Origin: Chitinophagales bacterium
GTDB lineage: Bacteria > Bacteroidota > Bacteroidia > Chitinophagales > Chitinophagaceae
NCBI GenBank assembly: GCA_964201225.1
Contig: CAXNDZ010000001.1
Coordinates: forward strand, 1-49,776
Reading direction: 5' to 3'
DNA: 49,776 bases
Position 1 is the stretch's first letter, and the number at the start of each line of letters is the position of its first letter. The position numbers were made by a program, and so were the translations under genes. Below are positions 29,327 to 39,482 of the stretch, piece by piece. A model generated the notes under the pieces. That model searched no databases. It was not told the DNA's origin and was given only the letters and a program-made list of their open reading frames with translations.

Positions 29327-30106
29327 ATGAAAAAAAGGTACTTATTAGGCTTGGTTTTATTGGTCGTATTTCAATTATCAGCAAATGCGCAATCAACACC
29401 GAGGGAATTCTATTTAATTAAAATATATCACTGCACTACACAAAGTCAATTAAATCGTATTGACGATTATTTAGAAAAAACGTATTTACCATTTTTACAC
29501 AATAATGGAATAAGTAAAGTAGGCGTGTTTGCGCCCATCATGAATGACACCAGTGCTGACAAGCGAATATTTGTTTGGGTACCATTAAAAAACTTAAACC
29601 AACTGGATGCCTTAGATCAAGTTTATGAAAAAATAAATCCATTTGGTGACGATGCTTTGATTCATTTGGATAACAAAGACAGTAGTTTGCCCTATACACG
29701 TATAGAAAGTATTTTAACAAAGGCGTTTAAACTACAACCACAATTTGAAAAATTCTCCGATTTAGTAAAATCAAGCAAGCGCATTTTTGAGTATCGTAGT
29801 TATGAAAGTCCTACTGAGGAAATGCACTTAAGAAAAGTTAATATGTTTAATGAAGGTCAGGAAATTGAAATATTCAAACGCTTAAATTTTAATGCAGTAT
29901 TTTATTCAAAAGCCTTGGTTGGCGCTAGGACCCCTAATTTAATTTATATGACCAGCTTCAATGATATGGATGACCGTAATGCACACTGGGATGCATTTAA
30001 GAAAGACCCAACATGGAAAAAAATATCAGCCGCAAAAGAATACTTAAAAATCGTTAATCGGAATGAAACTATTTTAATGATGGCTAAAGCGTACGCTGAT
30101 TTTTAA
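29327..30106 (+). CDS. NIPSNAP family protein, exported
   Basis: Signal peptide; RIFEYRSYES, KVNMFNEG.EIEIF, PNLIYM and HWDAFKKDPTW. Confidence 0.82.
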   Translation: MKKRYLLGLVLLVVFQLSANAQSTPREFYLIKIYHCTTQSQLNRIDDYLEKTYLPFLHNNGISKVGVFAPIMNDTSADKRIFVWVPLKNLNQLDALDQVYEKINPFGDDALIHLDNKDSSLPYTRIESILTKAFKLQPQFEKFSDLVKSSKRIFEYRSYESPTEEMHLRKVNMFNEGQEIEIFKRLNFNAVFYSKALVGARTPNLIYMTSFNDMDDRNAHWDAFKKDPTWKKISAAKEYLKIVNRNETILMMAKAYADF

Positions 30107-30170
30107 TGCTCCATTCCTGATTTTTTACCTCCATCTTGGGAAAATAAATATTTATGAATAAGCGACATCA

Positions 30171-31706
30171 TTAATTTTCGATTGTTAAGTGATATTCTTG
30201 AATTAATGCAGGATTTTCAGGGGTCAAGGTAAAGCTTAATTTTAGTTTCCCTTTTTCACAATCAATGATACAATAGCCTCTTAATTGATTTTCGGGAATC
30301 ATCGTATTCACTTTAATGATATTGCCCATTTTTTTAAAAATAGCATCCGCTGATTTTTTTAAATCTTCAATAGGATAATCATCAAAAAAGTTTTCGGCAA
30401 ATATTGGGGTTGATTGATCCCAATGCGTAATAATTTTTGCCAATTGTGTTTGTCTTTCAATTAAGATATTGGAAACCTTAACAAGCCTTGGTTTTAATTG
30501 TGCTAATTGAATAAGAGTATCTAATACAATAAGATTAATTCTTGAGGTGGGTGCATAAGTTACATTCGCAAATAATATAACGCCAATACCAAAATCAGGT
30601 AAAAAGCGCCAATTGGATCCAAATCCAGGCAAGCCGCCACTATGCCCAACACTCTTTTTCTTTTCTGCATCTATCGTCCAATTCAATCCATAGCTATAAC
30701 TACTTGTGGTGGCCAATTTTTTTCCACTCGGAAAAATTGTATTTGGATTTAATCCAATAAAAAATGCGGGTTGGTGCATCTCTCTAAGGCTGCTCCTTTT
30801 AATGGGAAAGGTTTGCGCGTCATCCCTAGCAGGCCAGGCATCCTCATGTAATGCAACATATTTACTAAACATATCAATAGAAGTAATCATACCTCCCATC
30901 GCACCATAAATCCCATTTTTTAATGGTTGTTCCTTACGCCATTGGTCATTTATATAACGATATCCATTCGCAAATACATTTTTAGGGACACTGGTATATT
31001 CATAAGTGGTCCCCTGCATTGACAAAGGCGCTAAAATATTTTTAGCAATATAGTTGTCATACGTCAACCCAGATACTTTATGAATAATATAACCTAGCAT
31101 CGCAAATCCCAGATTACTATACTCATATTCCAAGCCTGCAGTATTCGATAAAGACAATTGATTTTTGATTAATGTATTTAATTCCTCTTCTGTATCCTCC
31201 AGTTGTCTATCCCCCCAAGGATTATCTTCAGGAAAACCTGCGCTATGTGTCATCAAATGTCGAATAGTCATCAATGGTGCATCTTTAGTAAGTCCTTGCC
31301 CTTTTAATGCGGGTATATATTTTTCAACCGCATCGTCTAATTGTAACTTTCCTTCATCTCTCAAATTTAAAATAGCTAAAGCGGTAAAACTTTTTGACAT
31401 GGAAGCAATACGGAACATGGAAGCAGAGGAAGCTGGTATTTTTTCTTCCAAATTAGCATAGCCACCATTTCCTTTATAAACTAGTTGCCCATCTACCACA
31501 ATACCAAAGGCATAACCAGGAAAATGATGCTGAAGTGCGTAATCTTTATATAATTGTTCTATTAAAGGAAATGTTTTTGCAATACGTTCATTTCGAGTAG
31601 CATCTTGGTAGGATGATTTTGTATCCAGCTTAGCTACTTGCGCATCCAAAATAAAGCCATTGACTATTAAAATAAGCATCAAGAAATAACGTAAGTTATA
31701 TTTCAT
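30171..31706 (-). CDS. Serine hydrolase (beta-lactamase family)
   Basis: FRIASMSK, LMTHSAG, YEYSNLG and GHSGGLPGF; signal peptide. Confidence 0.88.
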   Translation of the reverse strand: MKYNLRYFLMLILIVNGFILDAQVAKLDTKSSYQDATRNERIAKTFPLIEQLYKDYALQHHFPGYAFGIVVDGQLVYKGNGGYANLEEKIPASSASMFRIASMSKSFTALAILNLRDEGKLQLDDAVEKYIPALKGQGLTKDAPLMTIRHLMTHSAGFPEDNPWGDRQLEDTEEELNTLIKNQLSLSNTAGLEYEYSNLGFAMLGYIIHKVSGLTYDNYIAKNILAPLSMQGTTYEYTSVPKNVFANGYRYINDQWRKEQPLKNGIYGAMGGMITSIDMFSKYVALHEDAWPARDDAQTFPIKRSSLREMHQPAFFIGLNPNTIFPSGKKLATTSSYSYGLNWTIDAEKKKSVGHSGGLPGFGSNWRFLPDFGIGVILFANVTYAPTSRINLIVLDTLIQLAQLKPRLVKVSNILIERQTQLAKIITHWDQSTPIFAENFFDDYPIEDLKKSADAIFKKMGNIIKVNTMIPENQLRGYCIIDCEKGKLKLSFTLTPENPALIQEYHLTIEN

Positions 31707-31826
31707 AAAAAACAATTTCTCTAATTTAAAACATATTTCATTAGCCCATTACCTTTTATAAAAAAATAGTGCTTCAAGTAGGTAGATTAGTACTTTTTTG
31801 CTAATTTCCTAACACAAATTTATACT

Positions 31827-34310
31827 ATGCGTAAACACATTTTACTTATTATCCTATTCCTCCCCTTTTTGGCCATGAGTCAGCAAAAGGCAAATTATTT
31901 TTTAGCCGCCAGGTTCGCCCCTAAAAAATTAGACAAAATGATTTTTTCAATGTCTATTGATCCGCATTGGCTAAAATTGTCCAATAAATTTTGGTATACT
32001 TACGAAACGAGTGAGGGCAAACAATGGAATATAGTGGACCCTGTGAAAGGAGAAAAAAAGGCAATATTTAACAGAGATAAGATTGCTGCCGAACTTACCA
32101 AAATAATCAAGGATCCATTTGATGGGCAGCATTTGCCTATTGATTCTTTAAAATTCATCAAAGATGAAAATTGGATTCAGTTTGAGGTAAAAAGTACCAT
32201 CGAAATAAATAAAGATGCCGTAGTAAAGAAAGATGCGAAACCGGAAAAAATTAAAAAAACATTTTATTTTGAATATAATCTTTTAACAGAACAGCTCAAT
32301 GAATTGGTTGGATTTAAAAAGTCTAAACGCAAACCAAGCTGGGCAAATATTTCACCCGATGAAAAAATAGTGGTGTTTGGAAGAAATTATAATTTGTTTT
32401 ATATGGACAGAGAAAATTTCAACAAAGCCATCTTAAATGACGAGGACAGTACAATTGTTGAACACGCTATTACTAAAGATGGTATTCAAAATTATAGCTG
32501 GCATAGCGAAAGCGCCTATGGTGGTGGTGGTGAAACCAATGTAGATGTAGAAAAAAATAAAAATAAAAGAAAATCTGTTTATGGCTTATGGAGTGAGAAT
32601 AGCAAACATATCGCAATAACTAAAGTGGACAATCGCAAAGTAAAAGATTTATGGGTAATCAATAGTATCGCTGAGCCAAGACCTACATTAGAAACCTATA
32701 AGTATTGGATGCCCGGCGAAAAAGAAGCTCCGATGGATCATTTGATGATTGTTGATATGACTGCATTTAGTTATAAGGAAATAGATGTATCCTTATTTAA
32801 GGATCAAGATGTTGCTGTTTGGAATAAAACAGCCAATGTTAATGCAAGAGACGATGAACATAGACCAAATATATGGTTGGGCACTAATGATCAGCTTTAT
32901 TTATCGCGCACCAGTCGTGATTTGAAAAAAATTGACCAATGTGTTGTTAATATCAATACGGGTGTTGTGAAAACATTAATTGAAGAAAGTTTAAATACTT
33001 ATGTTGAAATTAAAAAGCCAGGCTTGGTTAAAAATGGTGAAGAAATAATTGAATGGAGTGAGCGTGATGGCTGGGCACATTTGTATTTACATGACAAAGA
33101 GGGTAAAGTAAAAAATCAAATTACCCAAGGACCATGGCATATTGAAGATGTGGTATCCATTGATGAAGATAAAAGAGTGGTTTACTTTTCAGCAAACGGC
33201 CATGAAAATATCAACAGCAACACCAAGGAAGATCCTTACTATTTGCATTTATACAAAGTCAACTTTGATGGCACAGGTTTACAATTATTGAACTCTGGTA
33301 ATTTTGACAATAACTTTAGTATGAACGATAAGAAAAATTATTTCGTAAATAATTCTTCTCGCGTTAATGCAACACCAGTATCCGCATTATATTCGGCAGA
33401 GGGAAAAAAATTGATGGATTTAGAAACGGCTGATTTAACTTCATTATTTGCAGCAGGCTATAAATTTCCAGAAACATTTAAAGTAAAAGCGGATGATGGC
33501 ATTACTGACATTTTTGGTGTCATGTATAAACCTTATGATTTCGATAGCACTAAAAAGTATCCCATTATTGAATATGTGTATCCTGGGCCTCAAACTGAAT
33601 CTGTTAATAAAAGTTTTAGTAAGGGAATGGATCGTATTGATCGTTTGGCACAATTGGGATTTGTGGTGGTAACCATTGGAAACAGAGGCGGACATCCTGC
33701 ACGCAGTAAGTGGTATCACAATTATGGCTATGGCAATTTAAGAGACTACGGATTGGCGGATAAAAAAGCAGCTGTTGAACAATTAGCTGACCGATTTACT
33801 TTTATTGATCGTGATAAAGTGGGTATTCACGGCCATAGTGGTGGTGGCTTTATGAGTACCGCAGCTATGTTTGCTTATCCAGATATTTTTAAAGTAGCAG
33901 TAAGTAATGCAGGCAATCATGACAATAGTGTTTACAATAGATGGTGGAGTGAAAAACATAATGGCGTGAAAGAAAATATTTCTGATAAAGGAGATACTAC
34001 TTTTGCTTATATGATTGATAAAAATCCAGACATTGCTAAAAATTTAAAAGGAAAATTATTATTGATTCACGGTGAGATTGACAATAATGTTCATCCTGCA
34101 AATACCATTCGTGTGGTGAATGCATTGATTAAAGCGAATAAGCGTTTTGATATGTTAATTTTACCTACACAACGACATGGCTTTGGAGATATGAATGAGT
34201 ATTGGTTCTGGAAAACTGCCGATTACTTTTCAAAATATTTATTGGGTGATAACACGGAAAGATCCGTTGATATTGAGGAATTGAATAAAGAAATTGAAAG
34301 AAAAAAATAA
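31827..34310 (+). CDS. S9B family dipeptidyl peptidase IV-like protein
   Basis: SERDGWAHLY, YPIIEYVYPGP, GHSGGG nucleophile, HGEIDNNVH and QRHG. Confidence 0.92.
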   Translation: MRKHILLIILFLPFLAMSQQKANYFLAARFAPKKLDKMIFSMSIDPHWLKLSNKFWYTYETSEGKQWNIVDPVKGEKKAIFNRDKIAAELTKIIKDPFDGQHLPIDSLKFIKDENWIQFEVKSTIEINKDAVVKKDAKPEKIKKTFYFEYNLLTEQLNELVGFKKSKRKPSWANISPDEKIVVFGRNYNLFYMDRENFNKAILNDEDSTIVEHAITKDGIQNYSWHSESAYGGGGETNVDVEKNKNKRKSVYGLWSENSKHIAITKVDNRKVKDLWVINSIAEPRPTLETYKYWMPGEKEAPMDHLMIVDMTAFSYKEIDVSLFKDQDVAVWNKTANVNARDDEHRPNIWLGTNDQLYLSRTSRDLKKIDQCVVNINTGVVKTLIEESLNTYVEIKKPGLVKNGEEIIEWSERDGWAHLYLHDKEGKVKNQITQGPWHIEDVVSIDEDKRVVYFSANGHENINSNTKEDPYYLHLYKVNFDGTGLQLLNSGNFDNNFSMNDKKNYFVNNSSRVNATPVSALYSAEGKKLMDLETADLTSLFAAGYKFPETFKVKADDGITDIFGVMYKPYDFDSTKKYPIIEYVYPGPQTESVNKSFSKGMDRIDRLAQLGFVVVTIGNRGGHPARSKWYHNYGYGNLRDYGLADKKAAVEQLADRFTFIDRDKVGIHGHSGGGFMSTAAMFAYPDIFKVAVSNAGNHDNSVYNRWWSEKHNGVKENISDKGDTTFAYMIDKNPDIAKNLKGKLLLIHGEIDNNVHPANTIRVVNALIKANKRFDMLILPTQRHGFGDMNEYWFWKTADYFSKYLLGDNTERSVDIEELNKEIERKK

Positions 34311-34328
34311 GTAAGAAATACTTTAGTG

Positions 34329-34360
34329 AAAAGCCTTCTCGTTGATTCGGGGAGGCTTTT
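34329..34360. terminator. Terminator hairpin between convergent genes
   Basis: AAAAGCCTTCTCG / CGGGGAGGCTTTT stem (with GU pairs on +) flanked by A and T runs. Confidence 0.72.
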
Positions 34361-35348
34361 ACTTTTTCGACAACTTCGCTAATTGTATGGGTTCAAAGGG
34401 ACCGTATTTGTGTTGCCTTACTGAAAAAGTATCAGCATAAGGACCAAATGGATAATCAAATGGCTTAGTTGCAAGTACTGGCCAGTCCTTGGATTTATCT
34501 TTAGTGGGTCTTGCATGGGAGCTAATATAAGCTGCTACATCCCAAGCTTGTTCTGTAGTTAAAGTAGGCTTATGATAGTTGACCGGATTAGGCATATTAT
34601 TTTTGATGAATCCTGCTAATTTTGAAAGCTGATTGATGCCTGCTGCATCGTTATAACTGTGCGCCCCCCAAAGCGGCGGATATTCATACATATTTCCTTC
34701 CTTATTCATTACACCCTCTCCGTTCAAGCCATGACATTTTTGACAGTATTGTGTATATACATAAAGCCCATTTTTAGGATTTGCTGGTACAGTTAATAGT
34801 GGTAATATTTCAATGCCAGAGCCCCTTACTTTTTCCCCTTTGGGTACCCCTTCCCCCAACCATTTTATATAAGCATAAATAGCTTTTATTTCTTTCGAAC
34901 TTGTATCTAAGGCCTTCCCATTTAAACTGCGCTCCATACAGTCATTGATTCTTTTATAAATAGTTTCAATAGATCCAGAACGTTCTCTAAATTTTGGATA
35001 GGTTGCATACACTGCACCATAATTCAAACCCCAGGGTTTGGTACCCGCTTCTAAATGACAGTTTTGGCAATTCATGCCGTTGGTTGAATGTTGCACAGTT
35101 CCTTTAGGTCCTAAATATTTTGCAGTATGCGCAATCAACTCATAACCGTACCTAATGAGTGGCCCATTTTGATTGGTGTCCAAAGGAATTTGATATTGCG
35201 AAGCACCTACCCAGGTAGTGGTATCCACTTTACTTATATCAAGTTGGACAGTTTGAGGAATAGGTTTTTTGTTAAATGTGTAAAATATATATAAGCCACC
35301 CCCCAATACAATAATAAAACCAATGATGTATAGAAACTTTTTTAACAT
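34359..35348 (-). CDS. tsdA: Diheme cytochrome c, thiosulfate dehydrogenase/tetrathionate reductase TsdA-like
   Basis: Two CxxCH (CQNCH, CQKCH), RINDCMERSLNG with active-site Cys, YPPLWG..SYN and FIKNNMP. Confidence 0.8.
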   Translation of the reverse strand: MLKKFLYIIGFIIVLGGGLYIFYTFNKKPIPQTVQLDISKVDTTTWVGASQYQIPLDTNQNGPLIRYGYELIAHTAKYLGPKGTVQHSTNGMNCQNCHLEAGTKPWGLNYGAVYATYPKFRERSGSIETIYKRINDCMERSLNGKALDTSSKEIKAIYAYIKWLGEGVPKGEKVRGSGIEILPLLTVPANPKNGLYVYTQYCQKCHGLNGEGVMNKEGNMYEYPPLWGAHSYNDAAGINQLSKLAGFIKNNMPNPVNYHKPTLTTEQAWDVAAYISSHARPTKDKSKDWPVLATKPFDYPFGPYADTFSVRQHKYGPFEPIQLAKLSKK

Positions 35349-35354
35349 CTAAAT

Positions 35355-35789
35355 TTAGTTAATACCTGCTTTTAAATAACGCCATCCTTGCTCCTGCTTC
35401 AAAATTACTTCAACCACACCCGATGGAACCGTTTTTGCTTCAATTAATAAATCTGCCTTTTCAATTTTATACTTTCGCATGGTGTTTTCACAAGCCACAA
35501 ATACAACGCCCTCATTGGTTAAGCCAGCTATGTCATTGGCGAAATATGTTTTATCCTTCACTAGTAAATTAATTGCCTTGCCATGCACCACTACTTCAAT
35601 ATGAAGATGATTAGGCCATGCCTTTTGAATATTTTTTATATTACCTATGGTGGAGGACCATGCACTGGTATCTGCAGTATTTAGTTGAATAACAATATTA
35701 TGATCTTTGATTTCAGTTTGCGCATAGCAAAATTGAAAAGAAAATACCATCGTAAATAATAGGAAAATTAAACGAGATGTATTTTTCAT
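35355..35789 (-). CDS. DsrE family protein, exported
   Basis: Signal peptide; IEVVVHG, FVACENTM and VPSGVVEV...QEQGW.Y. Confidence 0.85.
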   Translation of the reverse strand: MKNTSRLIFLLFTMVFSFQFCYAQTEIKDHNIVIQLNTADTSAWSSTIGNIKNIQKAWPNHLHIEVVVHGKAINLLVKDKTYFANDIAGLTNEGVVFVACENTMRKYKIEKADLLIEAKTVPSGVVEVILKQEQGWRYLKAGIN

Positions 35790-35853
35790 AATTAATAATT
35801 TACATGAATGTAAGAAATTATTAATTATTTAAGGCCTTAAACTCATACTGCCT

Positions 35854-37278
35854 TTATAATAATAAACTGGTGGGTATGGAATATTCTGTAAGCTTAAACT
35901 GGCCAGACTCCTTTATTTCCTTGAATCCCCCCTTCACATCTATTAAATGATCAAATCCTCTTGCTTTTAAAATAGATACAAAAATCATTGATCTATAACC
36001 TCCAGCACAATGAACATAATAGGTTTTATCTTTTTGAATTGCAGCCATACTATCGTTGATAAAGTCAAGTGGCACATTGATAGTACCTTTTACATGTTCG
36101 CTCTTATATTCCGACGCTTTACGAACATCTAATATATTAATACCTTCATCTTGTTTTTGAATTGTGGCTAGTTCATCTGCTGATATAGATTTTATTTGAT
36201 CTATTTCCTTTCCCGACTGTTTCCATGCTTCAAATCCACCAGCTAAAAAACCAATGGTAAAGTCATAACCAACACGCGCAAGTCGGGTGATGATTTCTGT
36301 TTCTCGACCTGGCTCAGCCACTAATAAAATTTCTTGTTTAATATCAGGTATCATTGCGCCTACCCAAGGAGCAAAACTGCCGTCAATGCCAATATTAATT
36401 GAATTGGGTATAAAGCCATTTGCAAAAGTTTGCGCATCTCTGGTATCTAAAATTAATGCGCCTGTTTCGTTGGCTGCAGTTTCAAATGCAGTAGGGCTCA
36501 TTGCATGTTGTCCACGTGCTAGCACCTTATCAATACTATCATATCCTTGAATATTCATCATTACATTCAATGGGAAATATCCAGGAGGTGCTACTAATCC
36601 ATCCAAAACGGCAGCTACAAATTCTGGCTTGGTCATGTCAGCTGCCAATGCATAATTGGTCAATTTTTGATTCCCCAAAGTATCCTGTGTTTCCTTACTC
36701 ATTTTTTTACCACAGGCACTGCCTGCCCCATGCGCTGGATAAACTACTATATCATTAGGCAATGGCATGATTTTATTTCTTAGGGAATCATATAAGTATC
36801 CTGCTAAAATTTCCTGTGTTAATCCTGATTTTATTTTTTGTGCCAAATCTGGACGACCTACATCTCCAATAAACAAAGTATCACCACTAAATAAAGCAAC
36901 CTCTTTTCCGTTTTCGTCAATTAACAAGTAGCAAGTGCTTTCCATGGTGTGACCTGGTGTATGTAATACCCTGATTTTAACCTTTCCCAATAAAATTTCT
37001 TCTTTATCTTTTGCCGAATGAAATTCAAAAGCGGGTGCCGCAGTAGGGCCATATATAATTTTAGCCCCTGTTTTTTTTGCAAGATCAATATGACCAGATA
37101 CAAAATCAGCATGAAAATGGGTCTCTAAAACATATTTTATTTTAGCCTGATCCAAATTGGCTTTTTGAATATAGGGGTCGACTTCTCTTAATGGGTCGAT
37201 AATCGCCACTTCGCCTTCACTCATTATATAATAAGCCCCTTGCGCCAAACAACCCGTATAAATTTGTTCTATTTTCAT
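35854..37278 (-). CDS. MBL-fold persulfide dioxygenase fused to rhodanese domains (CstB-like)
   Basis: ETHFHADFVSGH, HTPGHT, GDTLFIGDVGRPDL, PAHGAGSACG and C-terminal VHCAGGYRS rhodanese. Confidence 0.9.
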   Translation of the reverse strand: MKIEQIYTGCLAQGAYYIMSEGEVAIIDPLREVDPYIQKANLDQAKIKYVLETHFHADFVSGHIDLAKKTGAKIIYGPTAAPAFEFHSAKDKEEILLGKVKIRVLHTPGHTMESTCYLLIDENGKEVALFSGDTLFIGDVGRPDLAQKIKSGLTQEILAGYLYDSLRNKIMPLPNDIVVYPAHGAGSACGKKMSKETQDTLGNQKLTNYALAADMTKPEFVAAVLDGLVAPPGYFPLNVMMNIQGYDSIDKVLARGQHAMSPTAFETAANETGALILDTRDAQTFANGFIPNSINIGIDGSFAPWVGAMIPDIKQEILLVAEPGRETEIITRLARVGYDFTIGFLAGGFEAWKQSGKEIDQIKSISADELATIQKQDEGINILDVRKASEYKSEHVKGTINVPLDFINDSMAAIQKDKTYYVHCAGGYRSMIFVSILKARGFDHLIDVKGGFKEIKESGQFKLTEYSIPTSLLL

Positions 37279-37330
37279 TATCTGATATTTAATATCAACT
37301 GTAAAAATATACTATAAAATTAGCTTAAAG

Positions 37331-37346
37331 CGTGACAAAAATCACT
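37331..37346. promoter_or_regulatory. CRP/FNR-type palindrome CGTGA-N6-TCACT in divergent sulfur-gene promoter
   Basis: cGTGAcaaaaaTCACt between divergent MBL-rhodanese and TauE genes. Confidence 0.5.
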
Positions 37347-37455
37347 TTTGCGCAGAAAATTTTTGTCTCCCCTATTTCACTAAAAATTTACTAAGTGACT
37401 AATAGTACATATCTTGTAATGCTTAATTCTGATTTTTGCTAAAAAATAATCAAAC

Positions 37456-38247
37456 ATGGAAGTAGTCGGCTATTTCGCATCTATTTTAATTGGGGTATCA
37501 TTGGGCCTTATTGGAAGTGGCGGTTCTATTTTAACAGTGCCTGTTTTAGTATACCTGTTTAATATAAATCCAATTTTAGCAACCACTTACTCCTTATGTA
37601 TTGTAGGCTTGAGTAGTATTGCAGGTATTATTTCAAGAATGAAACAAAGATTGGTCGATATTAAAACGATCATCATTTTCGGGATACCATCAGTCATTGG
37701 TGTATTTATTGCTCGTAAATTTTTCTTGCCCAATATCCCAGATACCATTCATCTTGGCAATAGTTTAATAGGTAAAAGTAATTTTATCATGTTGTTTTTT
37801 GCAAGTTTAATGTTGGTTTCGGCATTATCCATGATTTTAGGAAAAAACAAAAAAGAGGTAGAAGGTATTTTGCCTGAATATGGCATTGCCTTAATGATGG
37901 TAGGCCTAGGGGAAGGAATGTTAACCGGTATTGTGGGTGCTGGTGGTGGATTTTTAATCATCCCTGCATTGGTTATTTTAGGTAAGCTTCCCATGAAAAA
38001 AGCGATCGCTTCCTCCATTTTTATTATAAGTATCAAATCCATTGTGGGATTTGTTGGCGATATATCACATACCACCATTGATTGGAATTTTTTAATGGTC
38101 ATTGTTTTATTAGCTACTGTCGGTATCATTATCGGCAACTATCTTAATAAAAAAATGGATGGCGCAAAACTAAAAAAAGGATTCGGCTGGTTTATACTAG
38201 TTATGGCCAGTGTTATTTTTATTGAACAATTCTTTTTTGGAAAATAG
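37456..38247 (+). CDS. Sulfite exporter TauE/SafE family protein
   Basis: GLIGSGGSILTVPVLVY, GIVGAGGGFLIIPAL, LPMKKAI and LKKGFGWF. Confidence 0.9.
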   Translation: MEVVGYFASILIGVSLGLIGSGGSILTVPVLVYLFNINPILATTYSLCIVGLSSIAGIISRMKQRLVDIKTIIIFGIPSVIGVFIARKFFLPNIPDTIHLGNSLIGKSNFIMLFFASLMLVSALSMILGKNKKEVEGILPEYGIALMMVGLGEGMLTGIVGAGGGFLIIPALVILGKLPMKKAIASSIFIISIKSIVGFVGDISHTTIDWNFLMVIVLLATVGIIIGNYLNKKMDGAKLKKGFGWFILVMASVIFIEQFFFGK

Positions 38248-38303
38248 TTATTTTAGCGAGTGCCTTATTAGGGACTTGGACGTATGGTTTTTTTCAAGAA
38301 AAA

Positions 38304-39071
38304 TTACCGCACTAAAATATATTTTACAAAAAGTAATCTAAGTGATAAAATGAGGATAACGCACAACCCGATTAGACATAATATATGTATCAGTTCAATT
38401 TGTCCTCCTTGCCCATTCATAATGCCCCATAATGCCCATGCAATAACTAAGGGTGCTGCAATAGAGTCGTAGAAAAACGAAAAACAAAACGCAAGTACAA
38501 TTGCAATAGCAATCATAATAACAGCCCAATATTCAGGAGCAACTCCCCAGCCGCTCCATTGCAAATTAACCAATAAAGCTGCAAAATTAGCAATCATAGC
38601 AACACTGATCCAACCAATATAAACAGTGAACGGTGCAATAATAAAAATACGATGTATTAATTTGATATCATTTGAAAGGCTTCGGGTGTATATAAATATC
38701 TGAATTAACATCAACAAAAATGCAATCATTACAACCACGCTAGTAAATATTTGTAAATAATGCCAAGAAAGAATCCAAGCAATATTTAAAACAGCCGACG
38801 CCCAATACCAAGGTGTAATTTGATCTAAATATTTTTTAATAATTGGGAACTCTTTTTGCTTAAAGGAAAAATAAGTATGCGTGATTGAATAGCATAATAA
38901 AAATAAATAAATCAGGCCCCATATAGAAAATGTAAAACCAGCAGGCACAAAATAATTTGGATAAAAGGCGGAAATTTGACCTGTATTGTATCCATTAATT
39001 GGCAAAATACTTGCTAGTGCATTAACAGTAATAACCCCTATAAATAAAAGCCAATTAATTAAAGTTTTCAT
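38304..39071 (-). CDS. Tryptophan-rich TspO-like membrane protein
   Basis: NALA...PING, FVPAGFTFSIWGLIY, LNIAWI.SWHY and YIGWISVA.IAN (ORF track start 39107). Confidence 0.75.
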   Translation of the reverse strand: MKTLINWLLFIGVITVNALASILPINGYNTGQISAFYPNYFVPAGFTFSIWGLIYLFLLCYSITHTYFSFKQKEFPIIKKYLDQITPWYWASAVLNIAWILSWHYLQIFTSVVVMIAFLLMLIQIFIYTRSLSNDIKLIHRIFIIAPFTVYIGWISVAMIANFAALLVNLQWSGWGVAPEYWAVIMIAIAIVLAFCFSFFYDSIAAPLVIAWALWGIMNGQGGQIELIHILCLIGLCVILILSLRLLFVKYILVR

Positions 39072-39096
39072 AAAAGTAAGTTGGATTGACCAATGT

Positions 39097-39426
39097 TTAC
39101 AGCGCAAATATTTTATTCATCAAAACCCATTTTTCACCAGGATTCGCATTGGGTAAAGCTTGCTGATAATCCCATAATAATTTTTCCCATTGTACCACAA
39201 TATCATTGGAGGCATCCATGGCAGCTTTTTTTTCAAAGCTAAAGTCATCTCCAGCCTCCATGATCATAAACAAACGATTGGATACCCTATATATATCCAT
39301 CACATGAATATCAGCATCTTTAATTGATTGAATGATTTCAGGCCATACGGATTTATGGTATTCCTCATAAGCAGCAATAGCAATAGGATCGTCCTTTAAA
39401 TCAACTGCAAAACAATATCTAACCAT
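39097..39426 (-). CDS. L-rhamnose mutarotase family protein (possibly L-fucose mutarotase)
   Basis: DLKDDP..IAAYEEYH..VWPEI, RLFMIME and EKWVLMNKIF. Confidence 0.85.
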   Translation of the reverse strand: MVRYCFAVDLKDDPIAIAAYEEYHKSVWPEIIQSIKDADIHVMDIYRVSNRLFMIMEAGDDFSFEKKAAMDASNDIVVQWEKLLWDYQQALPNANPGEKWVLMNKIFAL

Positions 39427-39482
39427 GATTCGAAATTTTATAAATGATGTCCAAATATAATTTGATTACTAATAAGTAAAAA

